This document shows, in pieces, positions 8,862-18,241 of a DNA stretch of 64,000 nucleotides; the first letter of the stretch is position 1; each line of letters opens with the position of its first letter. The position numbers and the translations under genes are program-made. The notes under the pieces are model-generated. The model worked only from the letters and a program-made list of their open reading frames with translations. It was not told the DNA's origin and searched no databases. The DNA comes from Cohnella sp. GTDB lineage: Bacteria; Bacillota; Bacilli; Paenibacillales; Paenibacillaceae. The stretch covers positions 1,295 through 65,294 of the forward strand of contig JAQBPQ010000238.1 of NCBI GenBank assembly GCA_028287445.1, in the 5' to 3' direction.

Positions 8862-9587
8862 ATGGATCAGCGGCGGAATCCTGAAGCCGAGGAAACGGCC
8901 GTAACCCCTAAAGGGGCGGAAGTCGAGGAACGTCCGGCCAACGCAGGGCAGCCAGTGTTTGCAGAAGACGCCACACCGGCGGATACAACATCCGTCAAGC
9001 CAACCCAATCCAAAGCAGGCGGGGAGTTGGTCGAATGGATCAAGGCACTCGCCATCGCCGGATTGCTTGTGTTTATCATCCGTTGGTTTCTGGTCAGTCC
9101 ATTCATCGTGGACGGTCCTTCGATGCAGCCGAACTTTTGGAACCGGGAACGGATCATCGTCAATAAAATCGTTTATGATATACGTCAGCCCAAACGCGGC
9201 GAAGTGATCGTGTTTCATGTGCCGGAAGAAGGCCGAGATTTCATCAAGCGGGTCATCGGCGTTCCGGGCGACACGATTAAAGTAGACGGTGACAGCATTT
9301 ATGTGAATGGGAAGAAGATTGAAGAAACCTATTTAAAGAAAGCCTATGAACAGGCTCACTCAGCCGGTGGTTTGTACAATATCCACAACGACGACCGGAG
9401 CGATTTTCCGAATGGGCAATTCCCCGACGGCAAAGTGCCGGCAGGCAGCCTGTTTGTTATGGGCGACAACCGTTCCAACAGCGAAGACAGCCGGATGATC
9501 GGCTTTATCCCGCTGAACCGGGTTGTCGGACGTGCGGATATGGTGTTTTGGCCGCTATCGGATTTCCATTTTGTTTTTCGCGTGTAA
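8862..9587 (+). CDS. lepB: Signal peptidase I
   Basis: VDGPSMQP (catalytic Ser), DFIKRVIG (Lys), MGDNRSNSEDSR; one TM segment after a low-complexity N-terminus. Confidence 0.95.
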   Translation: MDQRRNPEAEETAVTPKGAEVEERPANAGQPVFAEDATPADTTSVKPTQSKAGGELVEWIKALAIAGLLVFIIRWFLVSPFIVDGPSMQPNFWNRERIIVNKIVYDIRQPKRGEVIVFHVPEEGRDFIKRVIGVPGDTIKVDGDSIYVNGKKIEETYLKKAYEQAHSAGGLYNIHNDDRSDFPNGQFPDGKVPAGSLFVMGDNRSNSEDSRMIGFIPLNRVVGRADMVFWPLSDFHFVFRV

Positions 9588-9615
9588 GGGAACTGCCAGG
9601 ATCACCCTCTGTAAT

Positions 9616-9675
9616 CCCCCAAAAGTGACGTGAACTTTTGCAGCGAATTCCGATTACTTTTGGGAGAGTCCCCGG
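9616..9675 (-). repeat. Dispersed structured intergenic repeat, copy B
   Basis: Reverse complement CCGGGGACTCTCCCAAAAGTAATCGGAATTCGCTGCAAAAGTTCACGTCACTTTTGGGGG. Confidence 0.85.
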
Positions 9676-9697
9676 GTAATGAAAGAGAGGGTTCGTC

Positions 9698-10582
9698 ATG
9701 ACGATACAATGGTTTCCCGGTCATATGACGCGGGCGAAACGGCAAATCGAAGACAAGCTGAAGCTGATCGACGTCGCGCTGGAATTGATCGATGCCCGTA
9801 TTCCGCAATCCAGCCGCAATCCAATGATCGATGAGATTGTCGGGACAAAGCCGCGCCTCATCTTGCTCAACAAGGCGGATCTCGCCGACCCGGAGCGGAC
9901 GGCCGCTTGGAGCGCTTATTTTCGTGCGCTTGGACATGAAACGCTGGCGATTGATGCAAACGTCGGAACTGGAGTTAAAGAAATTCCGGCCAAGACTCGG
10001 GAGCTGATGCGGGCCAAGATCGAGCGCCAAATCTCCAAAGGAATGAACCCGCGGCCGGCACGGGCGTTGATCGTCGGCATACCGAATGTCGGCAAGTCAA
10101 CCTTAATCAACCGTCTGGCAGGCCGTAACGTGGCGGCAACGGGAGACCGGCCTGGCGTCACCAAAGGCCAGCAGTGGATCCGAACGGGTTCCGAATTGGA
10201 GCTGCTCGATACGCCGGGCATATTGTGGCCGAAGTTCGAGGATCCGGAAGCCGGATATCGGCTGGCCGCCACGGGTGCCATCAAGGAAGAAGTGTTACAT
10301 ATCGACGAAGTGGCCTGTTTCGTTTTGCAGGTGCTTGCCGCGGAATATGGGGATACGCTTAAGGAACGCTACGGCTTGCCTGATTTACCGGACGTGCTCC
10401 CGGACATACAGTCCGCAGTGGAAGTACTCGAAGCAATCGGTCGGCGCAGAGGTTGTCTGACCGGTGGAGGTCATGTGGATTACGAAAAAGCGGCAGGAGT
10501 GCTTTTACGTGACTTGCGGTCCGGTAAGCTTGGACGGTTGACGCTCGAAATGCCTCCAACGGTTTCGGATAAGTTAAAATAA
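9698..10582 (+). CDS. rbgA: Ribosome biogenesis GTPase RbgA (YlqF)
   Basis: [35 protein letters not shown]. Confidence 0.97.
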   Translation: MTIQWFPGHMTRAKRQIEDKLKLIDVALELIDARIPQSSRNPMIDEIVGTKPRLILLNKADLADPERTAAWSAYFRALGHETLAIDANVGTGVKEIPAKTRELMRAKIERQISKGMNPRPARALIVGIPNVGKSTLINRLAGRNVAATGDRPGVTKGQQWIRTGSELELLDTPGILWPKFEDPEAGYRLAATGAIKEEVLHIDEVACFVLQVLAAEYGDTLKERYGLPDLPDVLPDIQSAVEVLEAIGRRRGCLTGGGHVDYEKAAGVLLRDLRSGKLGRLTLEMPPTVSDKLK

Positions 10583-10611
10583 GGGCGGGCTATATCCATT
10601 GTAATTCCAAG

Positions 10612-10636
10612 AAGGAGGCTGCGAAGCCTCCTTTTT
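10612..10636 (+). terminator. Intrinsic terminator after rbgA
   Basis: AAGGAGGCT-GCGA-AGCCTCCTTTTT. Confidence 0.75.
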
Positions 10637-10735
10637 GCTCCCGGGAGGCGACGATGGATCGTGAGGTATATAGAGCGCTTTGGATGAAAAGGGCTTGGAA
10701 TCCGAAGCGCAATATACGACAATGTAGGAAAGGAC

Positions 10736-11398
10736 TTGGGCTTTATGCGCGGAAAGGACGATACAAGCGTGGAAGAACCAGTCGATTTACTGCAATTCGA
10801 ATCCTCGCTATGGGCGCAAGGTTTGACGGCGGTGGCCGGCATCGACGAAGTGGGGCGCGGTTGCTTGTTCGGAGACGTGGTGGCCGCTGCCGTGGTGCTT
10901 CCTCGCGGATGGGTGCTGGAAGGGGTCAACGACTCCAAGCTGCTAAGCGAGAAAAAGCGGGATCGGCTGTATGAGGAAATTGTTCAGAAAGCGGTCGCTT
11001 GGTCGGTTTCGAGGATAGAAGCGGCGGTTATCGATCGAATTAATATCAGACAAGCTTCGAGGTTGGCTATGAAGCAGGCGGTGTTGGGGCTTGGGATCGT
11101 ACCCGAGCATCTGCTCGTCGATGCGGAAACGGTGGAGTTGGACATTCCCCAAACCGGAATTATCAAGGGTGACGCCCTCAGTCAGTCGATTGGTGCGGCT
11201 TCCATCGTCGCGAAAGTGACGCGCGACCGATTATGTGCCGAGATTTGGGAAGCCTTGTATCCCGGTTACGGCATTGGGGGTCACAAGGGATATGCAACCA
11301 AGGAACACCGGGAGGCTCTTTTGCGGATGGGCCCGACGCCGATGCATCGACGGAGCTTCTTGGGCAACCTGTTTGCGGTTCAACAGGAGTTGTTCTGA
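10736..11398 (+). CDS. rnhB: Ribonuclease HII
   Basis: AGIDEVGRG, NDSKLL, IIKGD, SIGAASIVAKVTRD, HKGYAT; exact start uncertain (TTG 10736 or ATG 10745). Confidence 0.96.
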   Translation: MGFMRGKDDTSVEEPVDLLQFESSLWAQGLTAVAGIDEVGRGCLFGDVVAAAVVLPRGWVLEGVNDSKLLSEKKRDRLYEEIVQKAVAWSVSRIEAAVIDRINIRQASRLAMKQAVLGLGIVPEHLLVDAETVELDIPQTGIIKGDALSQSIGAASIVAKVTRDRLCAEIWEALYPGYGIGGHKGYATKEHREALLRMGPTPMHRRSFLGNLFAVQQELF

Positions 11399-11403
11399 TC
11401 CGA

Positions 11404-11432
11404 TTCACGGAGGGAATTCGAAAAACCGATAC
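11404..11432 (+). promoter_or_regulatory. Weak candidate sigma-D promoter for the ylqG/ylqH-like pair
   Basis: ACCGATAC (11425-11432) matches the sigma-D -10 GCCGATAT at 6/8; -35 (TTCA/TCAC) is poor. Confidence 0.3.
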
Positions 11433-11476
11433 ATAAAGTAAGGAAGCTGGAGATCGGAGCGAAAGGAGGAAGCGGC

Positions 11477-13285
11477 ATGAGCATGAATATCGGGCCGATG
11501 TTACGCGCGTTGATGGGCGATATGCAGCCTGCGGAAGGCGCCCGAGTAATGGAGCTGCGGGTCGGTCAGATCGTGCGCGGTGTGTTAATGAAAATGCTGG
11601 ATAACCATGAGGCGCTAATGAACATTGGCGGCGTTCAGGTCCGGGCGAAGCTGCAGACCGATTTGCCCGTTGGGCGCGGGACGCTTCTGCAAGTGCAGCC
11701 CGGTTCCAAAGGGGGGGCGATAACGCTTAAGCCGCTTGCCGATCCGTCTGATCTTCCCGCAGACGAAGGCTTGAAAGGTGTATTGAAATCTTTCGGCATG
11801 CCTGACCAAAAATGGTCGCTCGAGCTGATGCGGGGACTAAAGCGGGACGGTTATCCGATCGGTAAAGACACGGCGGCTTATTTCCAGACCGCAGTCGCGC
11901 TAAAGCCGGCCGGCACCGATATGCACAGCTGGATGGGAGCCGCTGACGTCGCTTTCCGGAGGGGTTTGGCCGTTTCGGAGGACACCATCGGATCGCTGCG
12001 TCAAGCTCTGTTTGGCCAGCCTCTGCATATGGAAATAGCCGGACTGGCTGCGGTACTGAAAGAATGGCAAGCAGACGGCGGCACAAAATCTCCGATCGCT
12101 GCGGGCTTGGCTGGCCGTTTGCGAGATCTGCTTGCAGAAGGAGAAGCATTGCTCGCTGAAGGAGAGACTCAATTGTCCGGCGGCACAGAGGATAGGGCCA
12201 TAACCGGAAAGCCGTCTGTCCTGCGGCAGCAAGCACCCGCGGTCCAGCCGCCCGTGCCTGACGTGATAGAGGATTCAAACGTTGGACATTCCGGACCCGA
12301 ACGTGCGGATACGACGCTACCCTCGGCTTCGACGGCAGTCATCACGGAAACTGCGAAAGACAAGACGTTGACGGCAGTTGACGCCCGCCGAACTGCCGCG
12401 CGGGGTCAGCCGCTCCAGCTAGAAACGCAGCATTCGACAGAGTCGAATAAACCGGGAATTGCTGCAAAGCAGCCGGCGGAGCGACCCGATGCTTTCCGTC
12501 GGGAGCCGGTAGGAACGCCACCGGGATCGGCTCCTCGCGGGGAAACCGCCTGGATCGGCCGCTTCCTGCAGTGGATGGGAACCGGGCATGAACATCGTCT
12601 GCTCTATCCGGCACCCGAAACCCACACAGCTGTTGACCCAAGCCTCCTCGCGGGGGGATCGCTTGCCGCCGAAGCAAGCGACGGGATCCCCAGAGAAGCC
12701 GAACATACTGCTGCGGACTCGCTCAAGAGCACATTAATCGCCATCGCGGCGCACGAAGATACTCCCCCGGCTTTGCGGGAGGCCGCGCAGAATGTGGTCA
12801 GCCAAATCACCGGCCAGCAGCTGCTGCTCTCTACTGAGCGACAACCCAATGCCCCGTTCAGCCTGATGACACTATTCGTACCGATGAAAGGCCAAAACGG
12901 CGATACGACCGCCACCGTTCACGTGCAAACGCGGCGAAGCCGCCGAGGCGAGTGGGATACGGACAACTGCAGGCTTCTGTTCGACCTCCGGATGCGCCAT
13001 TTGGGAGATACGGTCGTGGATGTGCAAGTTGTCGATCGCATTGTTTCCTTAAAGTTGATGAACGACTACCCCGGTATGGCGGAATTGGTGGATCAGGCAA
13101 GAGATGAGGTAAACTCCGCCTTGCGCAGCGCCGGCTTCCAATTACTCTCTATCACGGCATCGCCGTTGCCGTCCTATAAAGAGGTTCAAATGGAGGAGAG
13201 CAGCGACAAGATCGACAACCTGGAGAAAGCGAACTCCGCCGCCTATGCGGCCAAGCCATACAAAGGGGTGGATTTTCGCGCATGA
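11477..13285 (+). CDS. YlqG-like protein with C-terminal FliK-like domain
   Basis: Synteny rnhB-ylqG-ylqH; C-terminal LFDLRMRHLGDTVVDVQV...LRSAGFQL resembles the FliK C domain; long low-complexity middle. Confidence 0.75.
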   Translation: MSMNIGPMLRALMGDMQPAEGARVMELRVGQIVRGVLMKMLDNHEALMNIGGVQVRAKLQTDLPVGRGTLLQVQPGSKGGAITLKPLADPSDLPADEGLKGVLKSFGMPDQKWSLELMRGLKRDGYPIGKDTAAYFQTAVALKPAGTDMHSWMGAADVAFRRGLAVSEDTIGSLRQALFGQPLHMEIAGLAAVLKEWQADGGTKSPIAAGLAGRLRDLLAEGEALLAEGETQLSGGTEDRAITGKPSVLRQQAPAVQPPVPDVIEDSNVGHSGPERADTTLPSASTAVITETAKDKTLTAVDARRTAARGQPLQLETQHSTESNKPGIAAKQPAERPDAFRREPVGTPPGSAPRGETAWIGRFLQWMGTGHEHRLLYPAPETHTAVDPSLLAGGSLAAEASDGIPREAEHTAADSLKSTLIAIAAHEDTPPALREAAQNVVSQITGQQLLLSTERQPNAPFSLMTLFVPMKGQNGDTTATVHVQTRRSRRGEWDTDNCRLLFDLRMRHLGDTVVDVQVVDRIVSLKLMNDYPGMAELVDQARDEVNSALRSAGFQLLSITASPLPSYKEVQMEESSDKIDNLEKANSAAYAAKPYKGVDFRA

Positions 13286-13605
13286 CGCCGAGCTCCAAGC
13301 GAGATTCCAACCGTACACTGCCCAAGAAAGCGGTGGCTCTGAAGTATGATCCGGAGCGCAGCGCGGCCCCGACCGTAGTCGCCAAAGGTCAAGGCGTGAT
13401 GGCGGAACAGATTTTACGGCGGGCTCAAGAACACGGGATCCCCGTTCAAGAGGACACCTCGTTGGTGGAGGTGCTGTCCAAGCTGGATCTGGAGCAGCAA
13501 ATTCCTCCCGAGCTTTATCAACTGGTGGCGGAAGTACTCAGTTTCGTTTACCGGTCCGACCGCATGGCGGGAATGACCGATTCGAGGCGTCAAAGCCGAT
13601 CCTAA
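13282..13605 (+). CDS. ylqH: Stand-alone FlhB C-terminal-like protein (YlqH; EscU/YscU family)
   Basis: AVALKYD...APTVVAKGQ...VAEVLSFVYR aligns with the C-terminus of FlhB in this window; ATGA overlap with upstream gene. Confidence 0.9.
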   Translation: MTPSSKRDSNRTLPKKAVALKYDPERSAAPTVVAKGQGVMAEQILRRAQEHGIPVQEDTSLVEVLSKLDLEQQIPPELYQLVAEVLSFVYRSDRMAGMTDSRRQSRS

Positions 13606-13619
13606 GGAGCGTTGGAACC

Positions 13620-14027
13620 ATGGAATCCCACAACCGTCCCGCCCGGAGTCAACGATCATCGATTTTGTCCGGTCGCAAGGCTGCAGGAGCTGCTGCGGAA
13701 CTAGAAGCGGCCCGTCATTTGGTCAATCTCGGATGCGATATTGTGGCGCGCAACTGGCGCTGCCGTTCGGGGGAGATCGATCTGATCGCACGGGCAGCAG
13801 AGACGCTCGTGTTTGTCGAGGTCCGGTCGCGGACCGCCCCACAGCGATACGGGACCGCCATCGAAGCCGTGACGCCGCGCAAAATTCGTCAAGTACGCGA
13901 TACCGCTCAGATTTATTTGATGATGACGGGAACGTCCGGCTGTCCCATCCGTTTTGACGTCGTGGCCATAACCTTCGGCGGTGACGGATCCATCGCCGAG
14001 TTGAAGCATATTCCCGGCGCTTTCTGA
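13620..14027 (+). CDS. yraN: YraN-family (UPF0102) PD-(D/E)XK nuclease
   Basis: ARNWRCRSGEIDLIA, LVFVEVRSR, RFDVVAI. Confidence 0.92.
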   Translation: MESHNRPARSQRSSILSGRKAAGAAAELEAARHLVNLGCDIVARNWRCRSGEIDLIARAAETLVFVEVRSRTAPQRYGTAIEAVTPRKIRQVRDTAQIYLMMTGTSGCPIRFDVVAITFGGDGSIAELKHIPGAF

Positions 14028-14028
14028 A

Positions 14029-15582
14029 TCAGGCCGTCGACTCCAGCCCCTTATCGAGACAGCGGTATTGAATCGCTTCCGCCACATCCTCCAAACCGAT
14101 GGCTTCTCTTCCCGCCAGGTCTGCGATCGTCCGCGACATTTTGAGAATCCGGTCGTGGGCACGAAAGCTGAGCCCGAGCCGTCCGTACACTTCCCCGATC
14201 AGTTGTTCTCCCTCCGGCGTCAGCGCCGTATATTTCTTCAGCAATGAACCGTGCAGTTCACTGTTCCATGAAATCCCGTGCTTGGCGTAACGGGTTTTTT
14301 GTCGTAGGTACGCATCCGTTATGATCTGCCTTGCCTCCGCGGAACTCATTCCTGTGCCGGCCGTCGGCCGGGAAGTCTGGCGCGGCAGTTCCACTTGCAA
14401 ATCGATCCGATCCGCTAATGGCCCGGACATTTTGGAGCGGTAGCGGAGAATGGCGGCTGTCGAACAAGTACAAGGGCGATCCATGTCGCTTCCACCGAAA
14501 AAACCACAAGGACAGGGGTTCATCGAAGCCGCGAGCATAAAACGAGCCGGGAACCGGCATACGCCGCGAGCGCGTCCGATCGTCACTTCCCGGTCCTCGA
14601 GCGGCTGCCTTAACGATTCGAGACATATTCGCGAAAACTCCGGCATTTCATCCAGGAACAGTACCCCGTGATGAGCGAGAGTGACCTCCCCGGGTTTGGG
14701 AACCGAACCCCCGCCGATCAATCCGGCGGTAGAAATTGTATGATGGGGGGAGCGAAACGGCCGGCTGCGGATCAGTCCGCTGCGGGCTTCGTTCAGCTTC
14801 CCGCAAACACTGAAAATCTTCGTGACGGCCAGCGCTTCTCCATCGTCAAGCGGAGGGAGCAGGCCGGGCAGACGGCGGCAAAGCATCGTTTTGCCTGTGC
14901 CTGGTGGCCCGACAAACAACACATTATGCATTCCGGCTGCGGCGATCATAAGCGCGCGCTTGGCGTGGACATGGCCGACAATATCCAACAGATCAGGGTC
15001 TTCGCTGAGGGCAGTCTTTTCCTTCGGCAGCGATTGAATCGGCACACTTGAGGATTCCTCACGCCTTCCGTCAGTCCCTGCGCCGCCGCTCGTCCACTCC
15101 CGGATCGTGCCGATTCCTTCGACTTTAATCCCTTCGATCAAACGCGCTTCCGCGACCGCCGAATGGGGGACGATCACACGCCGGAGACCGGCCTTGCTAG
15201 CTTGTTCCGTCATCGCCAGCACGCCCGGCACACTGCGAATGTCACCGTTTAATGCCAGTTCCCCAATAAGCAGTGTAGCCTCGAATCGCTCCGGAGCGAT
15301 CTGCCCGCTGGCACACAGAATACCTGCCGCAATCGCCAAATCAAACGCGCTGCCTTCTTTGCGCAAATCGGCAGGTGCCAAATTGACGGTAATCCGGTCG
15401 AGCGGGAACTTGAGACCGCCGTTTTGGACCGCCGCCCGTACCCGTTCTACCGATTCCCTCACGGCCGTATCTGCGAGCCCGACCACATTAACCTGAGGCA
15501 GACCCGAACAAATATCGACTTCCACTTGGATCAGGCGGCCTTCCACGCCCGCAACGCTGCCTCCGATCATTTTCACATACAT
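14029..15582 (-). CDS. comM: YifB/ComM-family Mg-chelatase-like AAA+ ATPase
   Basis: ITVNLAPADLRKEGSAFDLAIA, GPPGTGKTML, RPFRSPHH, AHHGVLFLDE, MNPCPCG; ATG at 15582 after AGGAGGG. Confidence 0.95.
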   Translation of the reverse strand: MYVKMIGGSVAGVEGRLIQVEVDICSGLPQVNVVGLADTAVRESVERVRAAVQNGGLKFPLDRITVNLAPADLRKEGSAFDLAIAAGILCASGQIAPERFEATLLIGELALNGDIRSVPGVLAMTEQASKAGLRRVIVPHSAVAEARLIEGIKVEGIGTIREWTSGGAGTDGRREESSSVPIQSLPKEKTALSEDPDLLDIVGHVHAKRALMIAAAGMHNVLFVGPPGTGKTMLCRRLPGLLPPLDDGEALAVTKIFSVCGKLNEARSGLIRSRPFRSPHHTISTAGLIGGGSVPKPGEVTLAHHGVLFLDEMPEFSRICLESLRQPLEDREVTIGRARGVCRFPARFMLAASMNPCPCGFFGGSDMDRPCTCSTAAILRYRSKMSGPLADRIDLQVELPRQTSRPTAGTGMSSAEARQIITDAYLRQKTRYAKHGISWNSELHGSLLKKYTALTPEGEQLIGEVYGRLGLSFRAHDRILKMSRTIADLAGREAIGLEDVAEAIQYRCLDKGLESTA

Positions 15583-15660
15583 AAAAAACACCCTCCTCGT
15601 CAACGTTACCGTTGGCGGAGAAAGGTGCTTCCTTACCTTCCGCGGTGAAGCTTCGAGTAC

Positions 15661-15689
15661 AGTCTAAGCGGTTGATTCCTTGCTGTCAA
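15661..15689 (-). promoter_or_regulatory. Sigma-A promoter for comM
   Basis: Minus strand TTGACA-N17-TAGACT. Confidence 0.65.
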
Positions 15690-15953
15690 TACATGATGCG
15701 ATTCATCAACACCACGTTCTATCCGTCCGAAATGCAGGCATCGATTTTGTATGAATTTCCATCGCATTATTAGATGGCATTGTTGCCAAACGGGGCTAAA
15801 AAATTGATCGAAAAAGAGGAACACTTCTACAAAAAGTGATACAATAGTGAAGGTTTGTTTCATAGTATGACCTCATACGACTGTGCGCGGGCAGGTTTCG
15901 GCCGGCCGTCAGTCGCACAGGGAATAGCGTGCAAACGGGAGGATGCAAGGGCC

Positions 15954-17114
15954 ATGAACATTCATGAATATCAAGGCAAAGCGGTCTTGAAGCAGTATGG
16001 CGTCGCCGTACCGCGCGGCAAAGTGGCATTCACCGCCGATGAAGCCGTTGCAGCAGCGCAAGAGCTTGGGACTGCCGTAACGGTCGTCAAAGCCCAGATT
16101 CATGCCGGCGGACGCGGCAAAGCGGGCGGCGTGAAAATCGCGAAGAGCCCGGAAGACGTTCGCAAGTATGCGGAAGAACTGCTCGGTAAAGTGCTCGTCA
16201 CGCATCAAACCGGACCGGAAGGCAAAGTAGTGAAGCGGCTGCTGATCGAAGAAGGCTGCGACATTCGCAAAGAATATTACGTGGGCGTCGTTGTCGATCG
16301 CGGCACGGGCCGCGTCGTCATGATGGCATCCGAAGAAGGCGGAACGGAGATCGAAGAGGTCGCCGCACATTCGCCGGAGAAAATCATCAAAGAAGTGATT
16401 GATCCGGTCACCGGATTGCTCCCGTTCCAAGCGCGCAGACTCGCCTACGCGATCAACATTCCGAGTGAGCTAGTCAACAAAGCAGCCAGCTTTATGTTGA
16501 AGCTGTACAAAGCGTTCGAAGACAAAGACTGCTCAATTGCCGAGATCAATCCGCTCGTCGTAACCGGAGACGGCAACGTGATGGCGCTTGACGCCAAATT
16601 GAACTTCGACTCCAACGCGCTGTTCCGCCACAAAGACATCGTCGAGCTTCGTGACCTGGACGAGGAAGACGAGAAGGAAATCCAAGCTTCCAAATTCGAT
16701 CTGTCCTACATCGCGCTGGAAGGCAACATTGGCTGCATGGTTAATGGTGCGGGTCTTGCAATGGCGACGATGGACATAATTAAATATTACGGCGGCGAGC
16801 CGGCCAACTTCCTTGACGTCGGCGGCGGCGCAACCAAAGAGAAAGTGACGGAAGCGTTCAAGATCATCTTGTCCGACGCGAACGTCAAAGGCATTTTCGT
16901 CAACATTTTCGGCGGCATCATGAAATGTGACGTTATCGCCGAAGGTGTTGTGGCGGCAGCGCGCGAGCTGGGGCTGGACAAGCCGCTCGTCGTACGCCTT
17001 GAGGGAACGAACGTGAAGATGGGCAAAGAGATTTTGAACGGATCGGGCCTGAACATTGTGGCTGCCGATTCCATGGCCGACGGCGCGCAAAAAATCGTGT
17101 CGCTCGTGAAATGA
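15954..17114 (+). CDS. sucC: Succinyl-CoA synthetase beta subunit
   Basis: [45 protein letters not shown]; ATG 15954. Confidence 0.98.
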   Translation: MNIHEYQGKAVLKQYGVAVPRGKVAFTADEAVAAAQELGTAVTVVKAQIHAGGRGKAGGVKIAKSPEDVRKYAEELLGKVLVTHQTGPEGKVVKRLLIEEGCDIRKEYYVGVVVDRGTGRVVMMASEEGGTEIEEVAAHSPEKIIKEVIDPVTGLLPFQARRLAYAINIPSELVNKAASFMLKLYKAFEDKDCSIAEINPLVVTGDGNVMALDAKLNFDSNALFRHKDIVELRDLDEEDEKEIQASKFDLSYIALEGNIGCMVNGAGLAMATMDIIKYYGGEPANFLDVGGGATKEKVTEAFKIILSDANVKGIFVNIFGGIMKCDVIAEGVVAAARELGLDKPLVVRLEGTNVKMGKEILNGSGLNIVAADSMADGAQKIVSLVK

Positions 17115-17145
17115 CAAGGGAGAACGAACCGGGGAGTGTGAAGTC

Positions 17146-18072
17146 ATGAGCATTTTGATCGATAAAAACACCAAGGTGATCACCCAAGGCATCACGGGCG
17201 CGACCGGACTTTTTCACGCCAAGGGTGCACTCGATTACGGCACGCAGATGGTCGGCGGTACGACGCCGGGCAAAGGCGGCCAAAAGGTCGACATTACGTT
17301 GGAGAACGGCTCGACCGTATCTCTTCCTATTTTTAATACGGTGAAGGAAGCGGTGGCGGCTACGGGCGCTACGGCATCCGTTATCTATGTGGCTCCGCCT
17401 TTCGCGGCGGACGCGATCATGGAAGCAGTCGATGCTGGGCTTGATCTTGCCATCTGTATCACGGAAGGCATTCCGGTCATGGACATGATCAAGGTTACCC
17501 GGTACATGGAAGGCAAGAAAACCCGCTTGATCGGTCCGAACTGTCCGGGTGTTATTACACCGGGCGAGATCAAAATCGGCATCATGCCGGGCTATATCCA
17601 CAAAAAAGGTCATGTAGGCGTCGTGTCCCGTTCGGGAACCTTGACCTACGAAGCCGTTCACCAACTGACATCCGCCGGTATCGGCCAGTCGAGCGCGGTC
17701 GGGATCGGCGGCGACCCGGTGAAAGGATCGGAATTCATCGATATCCTCAAGCTGTTCAATGCAGATCCGGATACTTATGCGGTCATCATGATCGGCGAAA
17801 TCGGCGGCACGGCCGAAGAAGATGCGGCTGAGTGGATCAAGGCGAACATGACGAAACCTGTCGTCGGCTTCATCGGAGGCGTAACCGCACCGGCCGGCAA
17901 ACGGATGGGCCATGCCGGCGCCATCATTTCCGGCGGCAAAGGCACTGCGGCAGAAAAGATCGCCAAACTCGAGGAGTGCGGCATCAAGGTTGCTCCAACG
18001 CCTTCGGAGATGGGTTCCACGTTAGTGAGCGTGCTTGAAGCCCGTGGCCTGCTGGCAAAATGCAAAGGTTAA
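17146..18072 (+). CDS. sucD: Succinyl-CoA synthetase alpha subunit
   Basis: [25 protein letters not shown] (phospho-His). Confidence 0.98.
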   Translation: MSILIDKNTKVITQGITGATGLFHAKGALDYGTQMVGGTTPGKGGQKVDITLENGSTVSLPIFNTVKEAVAATGATASVIYVAPPFAADAIMEAVDAGLDLAICITEGIPVMDMIKVTRYMEGKKTRLIGPNCPGVITPGEIKIGIMPGYIHKKGHVGVVSRSGTLTYEAVHQLTSAGIGQSSAVGIGGDPVKGSEFIDILKLFNADPDTYAVIMIGEIGGTAEEDAAEWIKANMTKPVVGFIGGVTAPAGKRMGHAGAIISGGKGTAAEKIAKLEECGIKVAPTPSEMGSTLVSVLEARGLLAKCKG

Positions 18073-18140
18073 TGGTAAAGTAATCTCATCAAAATGCGTG
18101 TCCGGATGATTGGCCCGGACACGCGGACCCGGATGGGCAA

Positions 18141-18185
18141 GCAGCCTTCCGCCCCCTCGCAAGAGGGTGTGGGAGGCTGCTTTTT
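18141..18185 (+). terminator. Intrinsic terminator after sucD
   Basis: GCAGCCTTCC...GGGAGGCTGC followed by TTTTT. Confidence 0.75.
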
Positions 18186-18241
18186 CGTATTGACCCGGAA
18201 GGGAATAAGGTTATGAGAATATAATCAAAGGAGTGTCATTA

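Noticed and set aside
10654-10974. 106-aa + strand ORF overlapping the start of rnhB
   Set aside because: Mostly overlaps rnhB in another frame, Arg/Gly-rich, no motif.
15690-15850. ComK (AAAA-N5-TTTT) or LexA boxes upstream of comM
   Set aside because: No convincing paired AT-boxes or CGAAC-N4-GTTCG found by eye.
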